From: Eledone cirrhosa
Taxonomy: Eukaryota
Direction of reading: 5' to 3'
Assembly: GCA_964016885.1 (NCBI GenBank)
Contig: OZ024743.1
Coordinates: 96,286,001 to 96,350,000 of the forward strand
DNA: 64,000 nt
Shown: in pieces, positions 14,560 through 28,158 of the stretch
How the letters are laid out: every line of letters starts with the position of its first letter
Numbering within the stretch: the first letter of the stretch is position 1
Position numbers and translations under genes: made by a program
The notes under the pieces: generated by a model
Told to the model about the DNA's origin: nothing
What the model saw: only the letters and a program-made list of their open reading frames with translations
Database searches by the model: none

Positions 14560-17112
14560 CAACAATATATTAAGTCATATAAAAAACTCTCACATTTGTC
14601 TTAGCTACATATCAGAATATATCACTATAAATGTTAGCATGGTATTGAAATATTCCCTAGTCATCTTAGTGACATAATAAAATGTCCCTCTATAATCTTA
14701 GCAACATATCTCAGTATTTTGTATCATCATAATGATATATTGAAATATCTCACTACCATCTTCACAACATATGAAAATATTTAGCCTTCATCATAACAGC
14801 ATATTGAAATATTTTGCTATCATATTAGGGATATATTCCAAATCTCTATCTATGGTGTTATTAATAAATCAACATGTCATCATTTAATGTCATATCAAAA
14901 TACCTCTCTATAATCTTAGAAATGTTACAAGATATTTAGCTATCACCTCAGTGACATATTCAAATGTTTAACCATCATTTTAGCTACATGTCAAAATATA
15001 ATCTTAGCAATGTAACAAAATGCTTGGCTATCAAAATGCTTGGCTATATCAAAATGCTTAGCTATTGTCTCGATAAAGAATCAAAATATCTAGTTGCTAT
15101 CTCTGCAAGATACCCTAATATCTATCTATCATGTAAGTTACATATTAAAATATATAGCACTCATATCAACAATACTTCAGAATATGTAGATATCATCCCA
15201 GCATGTTTATCACCTCACCAATATATTGAAATGTTTAGCTATTATATAATCAATATATTATATGTCTATCATCCCAGTGAAATATTGAGTTGTCTAGCAG
15301 TGAAATATTGAATTGTCAATAACATATTGAAATGTATAGTTACCATCTGAGAAACATGTTGAAATATTCAGCTATCATCTTAGTAACATACCAAAATGCT
15401 TAACTGCTGTGTCAGAAATATACCAAAATGTTTAGCTACCATGTCAGAAAGTAATAATGCTAAGTTATTATATCAGCAATATATTGAAATTTTAGTTATC
15501 ATATGAGCAAGGTGTTGAAATGATTAGCTCTCATCTTAGCAATCTTAATGACAAATCAAATTGATCAGCTATCAACTTTGTGCCATACTAAAATGTCAAG
15601 CTTATCACCTCATCAATATATCGAAATGTCTAGCTATCTTATTATCGACATATCAATATATCTAGTTACCATCTCACTGACATATCAAATAGTCTAGCTA
15701 TTATCTCATTGACATATCACTAAACATAGTTATCATCTAAGCAATATATCAAAATATCTCACCATCATCTCAGTGATATATCAAAATGTCTAGCCACCAT
15801 ATCAGTGATATATCAAATGACTAACTATCTTGTAAACAATATATCAGAATATCTCTGTTATGTCTTATAGACATCTCTATCATCTCAGTAATACACTCAC
15901 CTGTCTAACTCATCCCATCAACATATCATAATACGCGTCTATCATGTCAGAACCTATGGGAATATCTTGCTTTTATCTCATGCACATGTCTCTCTGTCAT
16001 GTCAGTGAGATAACAACATATTTTGTTGATATCTCAGTGAAATAAAAAAGTGTCTATCGGTCATGACTAGCTGTCATCTCAGTGAGATATCCACAAGACT
16101 ATCATCCCAGTGAGATATCAACAAGACTGTCATCTCAGTGAGATATCAATGAGACTATCATCTCAGTGAGATATCCATAAGACTATCATCTCAGTGAGAT
16201 ATCAACAAGACTATCATCCCAGTGAGATATCAATGAGACTATCATCCCAGTGAGATATCCACAATATTATCATCCCAGTGAGATATCCACAAGACTATCA
16301 TCCCAGTGAGATATCAATAAGACTGTCATCCCAGTGAGATATCCACAATACTATCATCTCAGTGAGATATCCACAATATTATCATCCCAGTGAGATATCC
16401 ACAAGACTATCATCTCAGTGAGATATCAACATGACTATCATCTCAGTGAGATATCCACAATATTGTCATCCCAGTGAGATATCCACAAGACTATCATCCC
16501 AGTGAGATATCAACATCAACATGACTATCATCTCAGTGAGATATCAATGAGACTATCATCTCAGTGAGATATCCACAAGACTATCATCCCAGTGAGATAT
16601 CTACAAGACTATCATCCCAGTGAGATATCTACAAGACTATCATCCCAGTGAGATATCAATAAGACTGTCATCCCAGTGAGACATCCACAATACTATCATC
16701 TCAGTGAGATATCCACAATATTGTGATCCCAGTGAGATATCCACAATACTATCATCTCAGTGAGATATCCACAATATTGTGATCCCAGTGAGATATCCAC
16801 AATACTATCATCTCAGTGAGATATCCACAATATTGTGATCCCAGTGAGATATCCACAATACTATCATCTCAGTGAGATATCCACAATATTGTGATCCCAG
16901 TGAGATATCCACAATACTATCATCTCAGTGAGATATCCACAATATTGTGATCCCAGTGAGATATCCACAATACTATCATCTCAGTGAGATATCCACAATA
17001 TTGTGATCCCAGTGAGATATCATACAATACTATCATCTCAGTGAGATATCCACAATATTGTCATCCCAGTCAGATACCCACAAGACTATCATCTCAGTGA
17101 GATATCAATAAG
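14560..17112. repeat. 28-bp satellite array, degenerate at left and homogeneous from about 16070
   Basis: Unit ACTATCATC(C/T)CAGTGAGATATC(C/A)ACAAG. AGTGAGATAT occurs at 16081 and 16109, giving a period of 28. Confidence 0.93.
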
Positions 17113-17544
17113 ATGATAAATGTTTGGGTATAAAAAGAATGAGAAGTAGTGTGCCAGAGAAAAGGCTGGTGCAAGTATGTGATATAGAAGACAGCTGAGT
17201 ATAGAATTGTCAAATCTCACAAGAATAACAAACTTGTAGAAGAGGTTGAATGAGGAAGCCATGAAAAGTGGTGAAAGTCTGATCTAAAAACCCATTTTGA
17301 TTATGTATTATAATTTTGATTGATCTTTGTTGGTGAATGATAATTGCAACAGTATGGTATTCAGTTTCCAAAAGTGGGGGCTTCAATTTGTACACAGTGT
17401 TCTTTTGCAAGTTTATCATTCACATATCATCATCATCATTGTTAAGTTTGATGAGGTATATGTATCTCTCTCTCTCTCACTCTCTCTCTCTAGCTCTCTC
17501 TAGCTCTCTCTAGCTCTCTCTATCTCTCTCTCTATATATATATG

Positions 17545-17705
17545 TCATCATTTTACATCTGCTTTTCCCTGCTTGCAAGAGTTGGATGGAACCTTTTCAA
17601 CACAGCATCTCTCCACTTGTTGCTATCCTTTTCCATCTCCTCTTGAGATTCAACAATTTGAGATCAGCTTTCACAACTTCTACCCAAGTCTTCCTTGGCA
17701 TCTTA
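17545..17705 (-). mobile_element. RTE LINE 3' end
   Basis: The reverse strand reads PRKTWVEVVKADLKLLNL followed by the family 3' tail. Confidence 0.75.
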
Positions 17706-17709
17706 CTAG

Positions 17710-18700
17710 CTGAGATGTAGATATATAAGGTGATAGAGGTAGTTAGAGTAAGTGACAGAATCATCAAGCTTAGAATAGCAATAGGAAATAGACTGGTGAC
17801 AGTTACATCTACCTATGCTGCACAGACAGGACTAAGTAAAGACCAAAAGGACAGGTTCTATGAGGAACTTTTATAGACAACTTCAGAGACTGGTGAAAGA
17901 GATATCATCATCTTCACAGGCAACTTCAAAGAACATGTAGGACAGTACCAGGATGGATTCAGTGAAGTCCATGGTAGCTGTGGTTATGGTTCAAGAAATA
18001 AAGAGGAATTGAGGCTCCTGGAATTCTGTGAAATGAATAAACTGCAACACAAATTTCAGGAAACTGGCCAGCCAGCCACCTGATTTCATATCAGTCAGGG
18101 GATCACAAAAGCCAAATCGTTTACTTACTTGTAATGCATCGAGATAAACAGACTGTAATAAACACTAAGGCCTTCCCTGGGGAAGAATACACTGCCCAAC
18201 ACAAGTTAGTTATTAGCGACATCAGAATAGACAGAAGACAGAACAAGATATGCAGAAGAATATAGAGATGAAGGGTTTGGAAGCTAAAGGACCTTTCAGT
18301 TAAATATAAGTTTAGAAAGGCTCTACAGGATGCAGTAGATGAGGGGGTGATGAACTAGGTACACATAATGTAGAGGATGACTGTAAATTCCTATATGACA
18401 ACCTTTTGTAAACTACTGATGAGACTTGTGGCTGGAATAAAGCGCCAGCCAGATCAAGGGTGACCTGGTGGTGAAACAGCACAGGGGATAGAGACATTAA
18501 AACCAAGAGACAGGTGTGGAAAGACTGGAAAATGGGAGGTAGCAGAGATCAGTATCAGGTAGCTAAGAGAGAAGCTAGACAACAGGTATACACAGCTCGG
18601 AGAGAGGCTGAAAAAAGAAAGCGTGACAATGTCTTGAGACATGAGGACCAGAGACGTGAAGTGTTCCGCATCGCAAGACAGTATGCCAATGTAAATCGAA
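17710..18700 (+). mobile_element. Decayed RTE LINE: APE endonuclease and linker region
   Basis: RIIKLRIAIGNRLVTVTSTYAAQTGLSKDQKDRFYEEL, QHKLVISD, RVTWW, YQVAKREAR. Confidence 0.85.
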
Positions 18701-18726
18701 ATGTTGATGATGATGATGATGTATAT

Positions 18727-18896
18727 TATCATCATCATCGTTTAACGTCTATCTTCCACTCTAGCATGGGTTAGAGAGGAATTGTCCCACTTGAGGCAAG
18801 ACTGATCGGGTGACCGTGTCTCACTCGTATAGAACTGTATCTGGCAGGTTTTCTACGACTGGATGCCCTTCCTAACACCAACCACATTTACAGTGT

Positions 18897-18898
<2 letters not shown>
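18727..18898 (-). mobile_element. 3' UTR fragment of a second RTE family
   Basis: Reverse complement resembles 23325-23490 (GTGGTTGGTGTTAGGAAGGGCATCCAG...GACGTTAAACGATGATG). Confidence 0.8.
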
Positions 18899-18942
<44 letters not shown>

Positions 18943-18999
18943 CGTAAAATAAGAAAATTTTAAAAAATTAAAAAAATTAACTTACTTACTAAAATTTTC

Positions 19000-19081
19000 A
19001 CTCCATCTAATTAGTTTCTGCAATGGGATAAAGACAGTTACATAATCTAACTGTCGAGAATTCATTGCGTCATCAGGGAGT
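19000..19081 (-). ncRNA. Type I hammerhead motif with cleavage triplet mutated to GAU
   Basis: Reverse complement of the 19597-19678 motif with GTT changed to GAT. Confidence 0.7.
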
Positions 19082-19596
19082 CTATTCTCAGCTAAGTCTC
19101 CAGGCAATGCGCGGACACTGGGGACTCATATAAAAATAATAATAATTCGGTAGATGGAACAGCTAGCGGGGACTGGATTCCATGCACTGAAAAGCTCGCT
19201 GTCACTGGTCAAATGGCAGATTCTAAAGAATCAATCACGTGACACTGAGGCTAGTCGGTAGGAGTGGGATGGTAAGATGACAGAAGCCTACTATCACACC
19301 AATAAATTAGTAGTGGTTTTGGCAGGTTTGCTCGACAAATAAGTAATTTGGAGATAAATATAGAGAATTTAGTATATCTACTAACATATGCGTACAGATG
19401 TACGCTAATGCTAGCAAATACACAGGTTATGTCATAGTACCTAGGTGGTTCAATGCAGGAGGATGCAGAACAATAATATAAAAGACGTAAAATAAGAAAA
19501 TTTAAAAAAATTAAAAAAATTAACTTACTTAATAAAATTTTCACTCCAGTGAGTCCCCAGTGTCCGCGCATTGCCTGGAGACTTAGCTGAGAATAG

Positions 19597-19678
19597 ACTC
19601 CCTGATGACGCAATGAATTCTCGACAGTTAGATTACGTAAATGTCTTTACCCCATTGCAGAAACTAATTAGTTGGAGT
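19597..19678 (+). ncRNA. Type I hammerhead ribozyme
   Basis: actcc-CTGATGA(19602-08)-c-gcaatg...cattgc-a-GAAAC(19660-64)-taatta-GTT-ggagt. Stem III is the palindrome ACTAATTAGT. Confidence 0.85.
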
Positions 19679-19954
19679 GAACATTTTAGTAAGTAAGTTA
19701 ATTTTTTTAATTTTTTAAAATTTTCTTATTTTACGTCTTTTATATTATTGTTCTGCATCCTCCTGCATTGAACCACCTAGGTACTATGACATAACCTGTG
19801 TATTTGCTAGCATTAGCGTACATCTGACCAGTGACAGCGAGCTTTTCAGTGCATGGAATCCAGTCCCCGCTAGCTGTTCCATCTACCGAATTATTATTAT
19901 TTTTATATGAGTCCCCAGTGTCTGCGCATTGCCTGGAGACTTAGCTGAGAATAG

Positions 19955-20036
19955 ACTCCCTGATGACGCAATGAATTCTCGACAGTTAGATTACGTAACT
20001 GTCTTTATCCCATTGCAGAAACTAATTAGTTGGAGT
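19955..20036 (+). ncRNA. Type I hammerhead ribozyme, tandem copy at +358 bp
   Basis: CTGATGA at 19960-66 and GTT at 20029-31, with the same stems as 19597-19678. Confidence 0.85.
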
Positions 20037-20212
20037 GAAAATTTTAGTAAGTAAGTTAATTTTTTTAATTTTTTAAAATTTTCTTATTTTACGTCTTTTA
20101 TATTATTGTTCTGCATCCTCCTGCATTGAACCACCTAGGTACTATGACATAACCTGTGTATTTGCTAGCATTAGCGTACATCTGTACGCATATGTTAGTA
20201 GATATACTAAAT

Positions 20213-20268
<56 letters not shown>

Positions 20269-20545
20269 AAATTTGCCCTCTTACTGATAGAATATTTGTC
20301 TTGTTACATAGGTGTATTTCTATAGAGACAAACATAGATAGAAGAGACAGTGAGAGAGAAATAAGTAGATAGATATAGAGATGGATAAAAGATAGATGGG
20401 TTGGTAAAATGCCAGAAAATACTTTGGGGACAGAAAAACTCTAAATCAATTTCATTCTTTCACTTACCCTAACACTAAACTGCCTTTATTTCATTCAATA
20501 AAATGTGTTGTGTATTATTTACATGTCTGTGACCAACTTTTAAGG

Positions 20546-20792
20546 ATGCCCTTCCTAACACCAACCTCATTTACAGTGAGTGCTGGGTGCTTTTTCGTGG
20601 CGCCTACACGTCCACTTTACGGTGTGGGCTGGGTGCTTTTTTGCCGTGGCACCTCCACGACCACCTTGCGGTGGGGGGGGGGGCATATTGTCTATATGCT
20701 TCAGCTTGTACCCATGGGAGGTCGGGTACTCTGTATTACTGCGTGACGCCAGAAGTCACGGTTGTGTGTCATTGTCTTTGAGAGGTGTAATT
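20546..20792 (-). mobile_element. 3' fragment of the RTE family at 3011-5372
   Basis: Reverse complement of about 5037-5293. Confidence 0.9.
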
Positions 20793-20964
20793 GGATATAT
20801 ATATATATATAGGCATAAGGATGTGTACTTATAAGAATATTGTTGTTCTGTACGAGATTGTTGTCTCCTGCTTATTTTCATTTGGGAATTTGGCTGCCAT
20901 TGCTGTGGGTAGACATGGTCAACTTATTAACCACCATCACCAATATATATCACCATTATCATGC

Positions 20965-21137
20965 AGTGGATTGGCAGTATCGGTAGAAGGTCGGATGCCA
21001 TGCTTTCCAGCATAGTTACGTCCCTTTACGATCTGAGATCAAATCCCGCCGAGGTTGAGTTTGCCTTACGGGGTCGATAAAATAAAGTACCAGTAATGCA
21101 CTGGGTATTTGCTGGCCTTGTGCCTAAAGTAGAAACC
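20965..21137 (+). mobile_element. SINE family A, near full length
   Basis: Head GTGGATTGGCAGTATCGGTAG, B-box, core and tail. Confidence 0.9.
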
Positions 21138-21515
21138 ATTATCATTTAACATCCACTTTCCCTGATAGAAAGGGTTGGACAGGTCAACATAAATCAAGTT
21201 AGTACTGAATCGAAGCTACTGACTTTCCAAACAGGACAGAAGATCTACATCTTATTTACGTATAGCCTCATGTTCTACTGAGTGCACAAGAGTGGTTGTC
21301 ATGTCTTTGACTGAAAGAGCCCTCCCAAACCAGCAAAATAGTTTTGCACAATTTTGCTTGCTTGAGAGCTGATGAGAGTGAAGATGTGTGTGAACTTATC
21401 TTGTACATCGCCTTTCTTTCCTCTTCTGGTCACGTCTGTGTGCCAACACACTTCTTGTCCTCCTCCTCTTTCAATCTTTTCTATATTTCATCTGTCACCC
21501 ACCTTGTGGGTTATC

Positions 21516-22355
21516 TCTCTGTTGACCACTGGCCACTGGTCTCTGTCCTCCATTGACCAGTGGCCATTTGTCTCTGTCCTCCATTGACCACTGGCCACTG
21601 GTCTCTGTCCTCCATTGACCAGTGGCCATTTGTTTCTGTCCTCCATTGACCACTGGCCACTGGTCTCTGTCCTCTGTTGACCACTGGCCACTGGTCTCTC
21701 TTCTCTGTTGACCACTGGCCATTGGTCATTATCCTCTGTTGACCACTGGCCACTGGTCTTTGTCCTCTGTTGACCACTGGTCACTCGTCTCTGTCCTCTG
21801 TTGACTACTGGCCACTGCTCTCTGTCCTCCGTGACCACTGGCCATTTGTCTCTGTCCTCCGTTGACCACCAGCCGCTGGTCTCTCTCCTCTGTTGACCAC
21901 TGGCCATTGGTCTTTGTCCTCTGTTGACCACTGGCCACTGGTCTCTCTCCTCTGTTGACCACTGGCCACTGGTCTCTGTCCTCTGTTGACCACTGGCCAC
22001 TGGTCTCTCTCTTCTGTTGACCACTGGCCACTGGTCTCTCTCTTCTGTTGACCACTGGCCACTGGTCTCTCTCTTCTGTTGACCACTGGCCACTGGTCTC
22101 TGTCCTCTGTTGACCACTGGCCACTGGTCTCTCTCTTCTGTTGACCACTGGCCATTGGTCTTTGTCCTCTGTTGACCACTGGTCACTCGTCTCTGTCCTC
22201 TGTTGACCACTGGCCACTGGTCTCTGTCCTCTGTTGACCACTGGCCACTGGTTTCTCTCCTCTGTTTACCACTGGCCATTGGTCTTTGTCCTCTGTTGAC
22301 CACTGGCCACTGGTCTCTGTCCTCTGTTGATCACTGGCCGTTGGTCTTTGTCCTC
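21516..22355. repeat. 31-bp minisatellite (about 27 units)
   Basis: Unit CTCTGTTGACCACTGGCCACTGGTCTCTGTC. ACTGGCCACT occurs at 21961 and 21992. Confidence 0.95.
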
Positions 22356-22485
22356 TCAGGTATTTTTACCCATCACTGTCTTTGACAGCATTTAGCTGTG
22401 TTAACGGCTGTTCTAGTGATGAGGTTTATCATTTTTATATGTATTCAAATGCATTCTTGCTTTGTCCCAGAGACAACATTGTTTC

Positions 22486-22525
<40 letters not shown>

Positions 22526-22589
22526 AAATAAATATTTATATATATGTATATATATATATGTATATATATGTATATATTTTCCATCCCAT

Positions 22590-23496
22590 TCAGTAGCTAG
22601 AGTCAGAACGGGATTGAAAAAGTTCAGAGAGCTTATACCACTATTGGCTGCTAAAGGTTTCTCACTAAAAATGAAAGGCAGGCTGTATGATGCCTGCATA
22701 CGAACAGCGATGTTACATGGCAGTCAGACCTGGGCCTTGAGTGCAGAGGATATACGCAGACTGGAGAGGGACGAAGCTTGCATGCTCCGTTGGATGTGTA
22801 ATAGTAATATACGTGAACGGCAAAGCATAAACGAACTAAGGGAGAAATTAGGAATAAGAGGGATCAGATGTTGTTTACTCGAAAGAAGACTACGTTGGTA
22901 TTGTCACGTGATGCGCATGAAAGACGACAGCTGTATAAAAAAGTGCAGGGCGATAAAAATAGACGGTAGCCACGGAGTAGGCAGACCCAGAAAAACCTGG
23001 GACGACTTGATAAATTCCGACCTCACATACTTACACCTCTCCAAGACAATGTCACTGGACCGAGATCTTTGGCTCTACACAGTAATACAGAAGACCCGCC
23101 TTGCCTAAGTACAAAGCGAAACCTACAGTCAGTAGGCACCTCTTAACAAAAATACACCCCGTCCCACTACCCCTACCCCATCCACACCACCCCTTTCGAT
23201 GTAAAGTTATGTTGGTACCACAACATCCAGTCCGAAATAAATGAGGTCGTGTAGGTGTCACGACAAAAAACACAATCCACGCTGTAATGTGGCCGTGTAG
23301 GTAACACGGTAAAAACCTCCCTGTCCACACTGTAAACGTGGTTGGTGTTAGGAAGGGCATCCAGCCGTAGAAAACCTGCCAGACAGTTCCTATACGAGCA
23401 AGACAACCAATCTTGCCTCAAGTGGGAAAATTCCCGTCCAAACCCATGCAAGCGTGGAATATGGACGTTAAACGATGATGATGATGATGATGATGA
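22590..23496 (+). mobile_element. RTE LINE family 2, 3' fragment
   Basis: ARVRTGLKKFREL..MKGRLYDAC..RRLRWY..GRPRKTWD, then a 3' UTR and (GAT)n tail. Confidence 0.93.
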
Positions 23497-23510
23497 TATA
23501 TATATATATA

Positions 23511-23565
<55 letters not shown>

Positions 23566-24132
23566 ATAATAATAAATTTGAAGACTAAAATCCAAAGAGG
23601 GCTCGATAAGGATAAATATATATCAAATATATAAGAACCGTAGAGCAAATATTTATTAAAATAACAGATTAAAGTTTAAGCAAAGAATCGCTGCTTTCAC
23701 CCTTAACGGGATCTTCTGAAATTAACAAAGTCAATCTGTGAACGCAGAAGTGAATATTTAAAAAAACGTTGCAACCGGAGGAAGACAGGAATTCGATAGG
23801 TTGGTTCGTGGAAACGTTCCCTGGCAAAGAACGGGAAAAAACGAATATAATACGTCATTATAAAGTACCAGTAATGCGCTGGGTAATTGCTGGCCTTGTG
23901 CCTAAAGTAGAAACGATTATTTGGAGCGGTGAAAAAAAATTACACGCAAAGACAAAACCACGTTTATGGTATAAAAGAAATCGTAGACTAATATTCTATT
24001 AGGTGATTCATAGAGACGTTCTCTGGCAATAAACGGAAAAAACGAAGATAATACGTCATATGTGGAGCGGGGAGAACAACTGCACGCAAAGACAAAATCA
24101 CGTAAATGGTATAACTGAAGTGGTTAAATATT

Positions 24133-24951
<819 letters not shown>

Positions 24952-25048
24952 GATGTGCATAGACTGAAGAGAAATGAAGCAACCATGCTCTTTTGGATGT
25001 GCAATAAGTATGAGAGAGGCAGAACTTGGATGAGTTGAAGAAGAACTG

Positions 25049-25314
25049 GTAGCATGCATATATATATATATATATATATACATACAGGTACACATACATA
25101 TATGCACGCATCAGTTTAGCGGACGCTTATTATAACGCCGCTTTGTTCGTTTGTCAACAAACTGAACAGCCTGAATTTATGCCATACGGTGTTAAGGCAA
25201 CCACGTCACCTTTTTGTTCAACACTGACACAGGAACGATGTACTAGTTTTGAAGATTGTTAGCTATCATCAGCACCGTTTACCCATCTGCCAGATAGTTG
25301 AACGTTCGAACCTG

Positions 25315-25378
<64 letters not shown>

Positions 25379-25890
25379 TGCTACTGTACGTCTGTATACA
25401 TATATGTATGTACGTATACATACATACTTACATTTAAGTAAGTGCCATACTAAGAGTGAGAAATGAAATTTCGTTTTCATTTTTTTCAACTTATCGTTTT
25501 CGGTATGCCTGACCGATTTAACTCACTCAATATGCAAATTAGGCTGCTCAGCCGTTAATTTTCATAAGGAAAGTATATACTTTCGAACGTTCAACTATCT
25601 GGCAGATGGGTAAACGGTGCTGATGATAGCTAACAATCTTGAAACTAGTACATCGTTCCTGTGTCAGTGTTGAACAAAAAGGTGACGTGGTTGCCTTAAC
25701 ACCGTATGGCATAAATTCAGGCTGTTCAGTTTGTTGACAAACGAACAAAGCGGCGTTATAATAAGCGTCCGCTAAACTGATGCGTGCATATATGTATGTG
25801 TACCTGTATGTATATATATATATATATATATATGCATGCTACTGTACGTCTGTATACATATATGTATGTACGTATACATACATACTTACA
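25049..25890. mobile_element. HHR-carrying element: 458-bp unit with terminal redundancy and an inverted 260-bp copy
   Basis: 25049-25310 is the reverse complement of about 25583-25842. 25311-25432 is repeated at about 25803-25890. Homologous to 6927-7597. Adjacent to an RTE fragment at about 24945-25048. Confidence 0.8.
25614..25656 (+). ncRNA. Minimal type I hammerhead motif (inverted, mutated copy at 25235-25278)
   Basis: acggtg-CTGATGA-tagctaacaatctt-GAAAC-ta-GTA-catcgt. Stem I is 6 bp, stem III is the palindrome ACTAGT, stem II is weak. Confidence 0.7.
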
Positions 25891-26514
25891 TATATATATA
25901 TATATATATATACATATATAGTAACTTTGTTTACACTAAATAAGTTCTCTTCCAACAGATCGAGCAATGTTTTTCTTGATCTTTCATCTACGGATTTCTA
26001 CCAACAAATATACATATGTATGTGTGTGTGTGTGTGTTTGTGCGTGTGTATGTGTGTTTATGTGTGTGTATGTGCGTGTGGGGGGGGGGGGTATGTATAG
26101 AATTAATTAATGTAGTATATTTTCTGCTTAAAAAAAAATTAAATGTTTATATTACAATAAAACATGTAACACAAAGTAAAAATACAAAAGTTAATATTTT
26201 GTAAATTGTGGAAGGCAAATGAAATGAAAGTTTATCGGTTCTATATAATCCTAATTCAACTATATTAGATAAGAAGAATTAACTCTTGTAAATTGGAATT
26301 TTCTACTGAATCTACGCATATAAGGAAAAACTATGACATTACATCTTGTTGAATACAGATCTTAATCAACATTTACCATACTCAAAATAGAACTACTCTA
26401 ACTAATTGATCAAATATCTTTTATTGAGATCAACACAAGCAAATCAAAGAAGCAGAACAACTGTTGGGCAAACTATTTCTTTTTATAGCCATTAGTGGAA
26501 CATATTTGAAAAGA

Positions 26515-26820
26515 TGAGTGGTTTAGTGGTTAGGGTGTTTAGTAGAAGATTGTAAGGTCATGGGTTCAATTCCAGGTGGCATGTTCTTGAGCAAGGCACT
26601 TATTTCACATTACTCCATCCCACTTGGATAAAATGGGTTGTATTTGTAATTCAAATGACCAGCTTTGCTACATACTGTGTCACATTGAATCTCTGAGAAT
26701 TATGTTAAGGATTACATCTGTTTGTGAAAAGCTCAGCCTTGTGCACATTAATTTTATGACCTGGCTGTTCTGTTGATCAAACAAATGGAACATTTGTAAT
26801 TGGAACTGACAGAGTTCCAA
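26515..26820 (+). mobile_element. Old tRNA-derived SINE
   Basis: A-box TGGTTTAGTGG, B-box GGTTCAATTCC, CTTGAGCAAGGCACTT. Confidence 0.7.
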
Positions 26821-27859
26821 CATAAACACACACTGTGAAAATATAACTTAAGCATTTGCCCACTCTATAGAATGGTTAAAGTATCTTAGTTATTCCATCC
26901 TATAAATAAGATCTTCTGGTCACATACCAAAATCATGACCATTATCATCATAATCATCATCATCATCACCTCAATAATGTTACATCTACTTGTCCATGTT
27001 GTCCATGTTGGGCCATTAAAGACAAAGTCTGTACTTAATTGGATCTACTGTCCTTCTTTTCAGATCAGACAATCACATCTTGATCATTTGACATGGTTTA
27101 TAAAGCTGGATGGCCTTCACACAACGGAAGAGTCTTCTATACTTTTTTGGCATGATTTCTATGGCTGGATGTCATTCCCAAATGCCAGACATTTTATGCT
27201 GTCATGGATTAAAGGGATTATTACAAACCAAGCCAATACTTAATTTAAACTATTGTTCTCCTTGATAGGCTGGAGGACTGAGGTTCCCTCAGATTCATTC
27301 AAATTTAGAATGGTTTCTGTACGTATGAGCTTTTTTTAATGCCAGCCACTTTACAGAATTCAGAGGCTGCATTTTATTATGACGCTAGGAAGGCTCCAAT
27401 GCTCTTAACACAACTGAAAATTCTACTCTACCCTTTTCATATGATTTGTATGGATGAATGTCCCTCCTAATGCCAACCACTTTATAGAGTGCATGCTGAT
27501 ACATTTATAATGAATGAGACTGGTAACTATATAGCGCTTCTGATAGAAAGAAAAAATAATCAATTTAGCATTTCTTTTAATTTCCTTCAATAGCAGCTCT
27601 TTTGAAAGGTAATATTTATTAAAGGATATGTTATTAAGTTTGAATAGAAAAGATGCATGGATTATAGTTTGTTTTGTGTTTAAATCTTACCAATCTCAGG
27701 ATTGTCTTCTCTGTCTATCTTGGTAATCTTAGTAATATAATTTTGAATAATATACACAGATCAGTGTTTCAAAAGTAGAACACATACACAGGGCTGAGTT
27801 GTTAATTTACACTAAAACAGCTGTAATTGACAGGAATGTTAGAAAGCTAGATAAAATCC

Positions 27860-28112
27860 TCACCACCACCATCACCACCACCACCATCATCACCACCATC
27901 ACCACCATCACCCACCACCATCACCACCACCACCAGCATCACCACCATCATCACCACCACCATCACCACCACAATCACCACCATCACCACCATCACAACC
28001 ATCACAACCATCACAACCATCACCATCACAACCATCACAACCATTACCACCATCACCACCATCACCACCACCACCACCACCACCACCACCACCACCATCA
28101 CCCCACCACCAC
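27860..28112. repeat. (CAC/CAT)n trinucleotide repeat
   Basis: Read directly. Confidence 0.95.
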
Positions 28113-28158
28113 TTTTTAAGAAGTAAATGCTGTGGTCAATGATACAGGGAGATAATAA

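Larger units (their letters stand above)
18937..20217. mobile_element. HHR-carrying non-coding element in inverted plus tandem arrangement (543-nt monomer; 358-nt deleted monomer)
   Basis: A minus-strand copy at 18937-19548 is joined back-to-back to plus-strand tandem copies at 19549-20217. Three HHR motifs. Flanked by (TA)n and (CT)n(TA)n. Confidence 0.85.

Noticed and set aside
16070-17112. CRISPR-like appearance of the 28-, 31- and 21-bp arrays
   Set aside because: There are no unique spacers and no cas genes, and the context is eukaryotic.
21488-22303. 271-aa repetitive ORF
   Set aside because: A by-product of the 31-bp repeat. It is open in several frames with no splice or codon evidence.
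27799-28119. Poly-His ORF
   Set aside because: A trinucleotide microsatellite with no flanking coding context.
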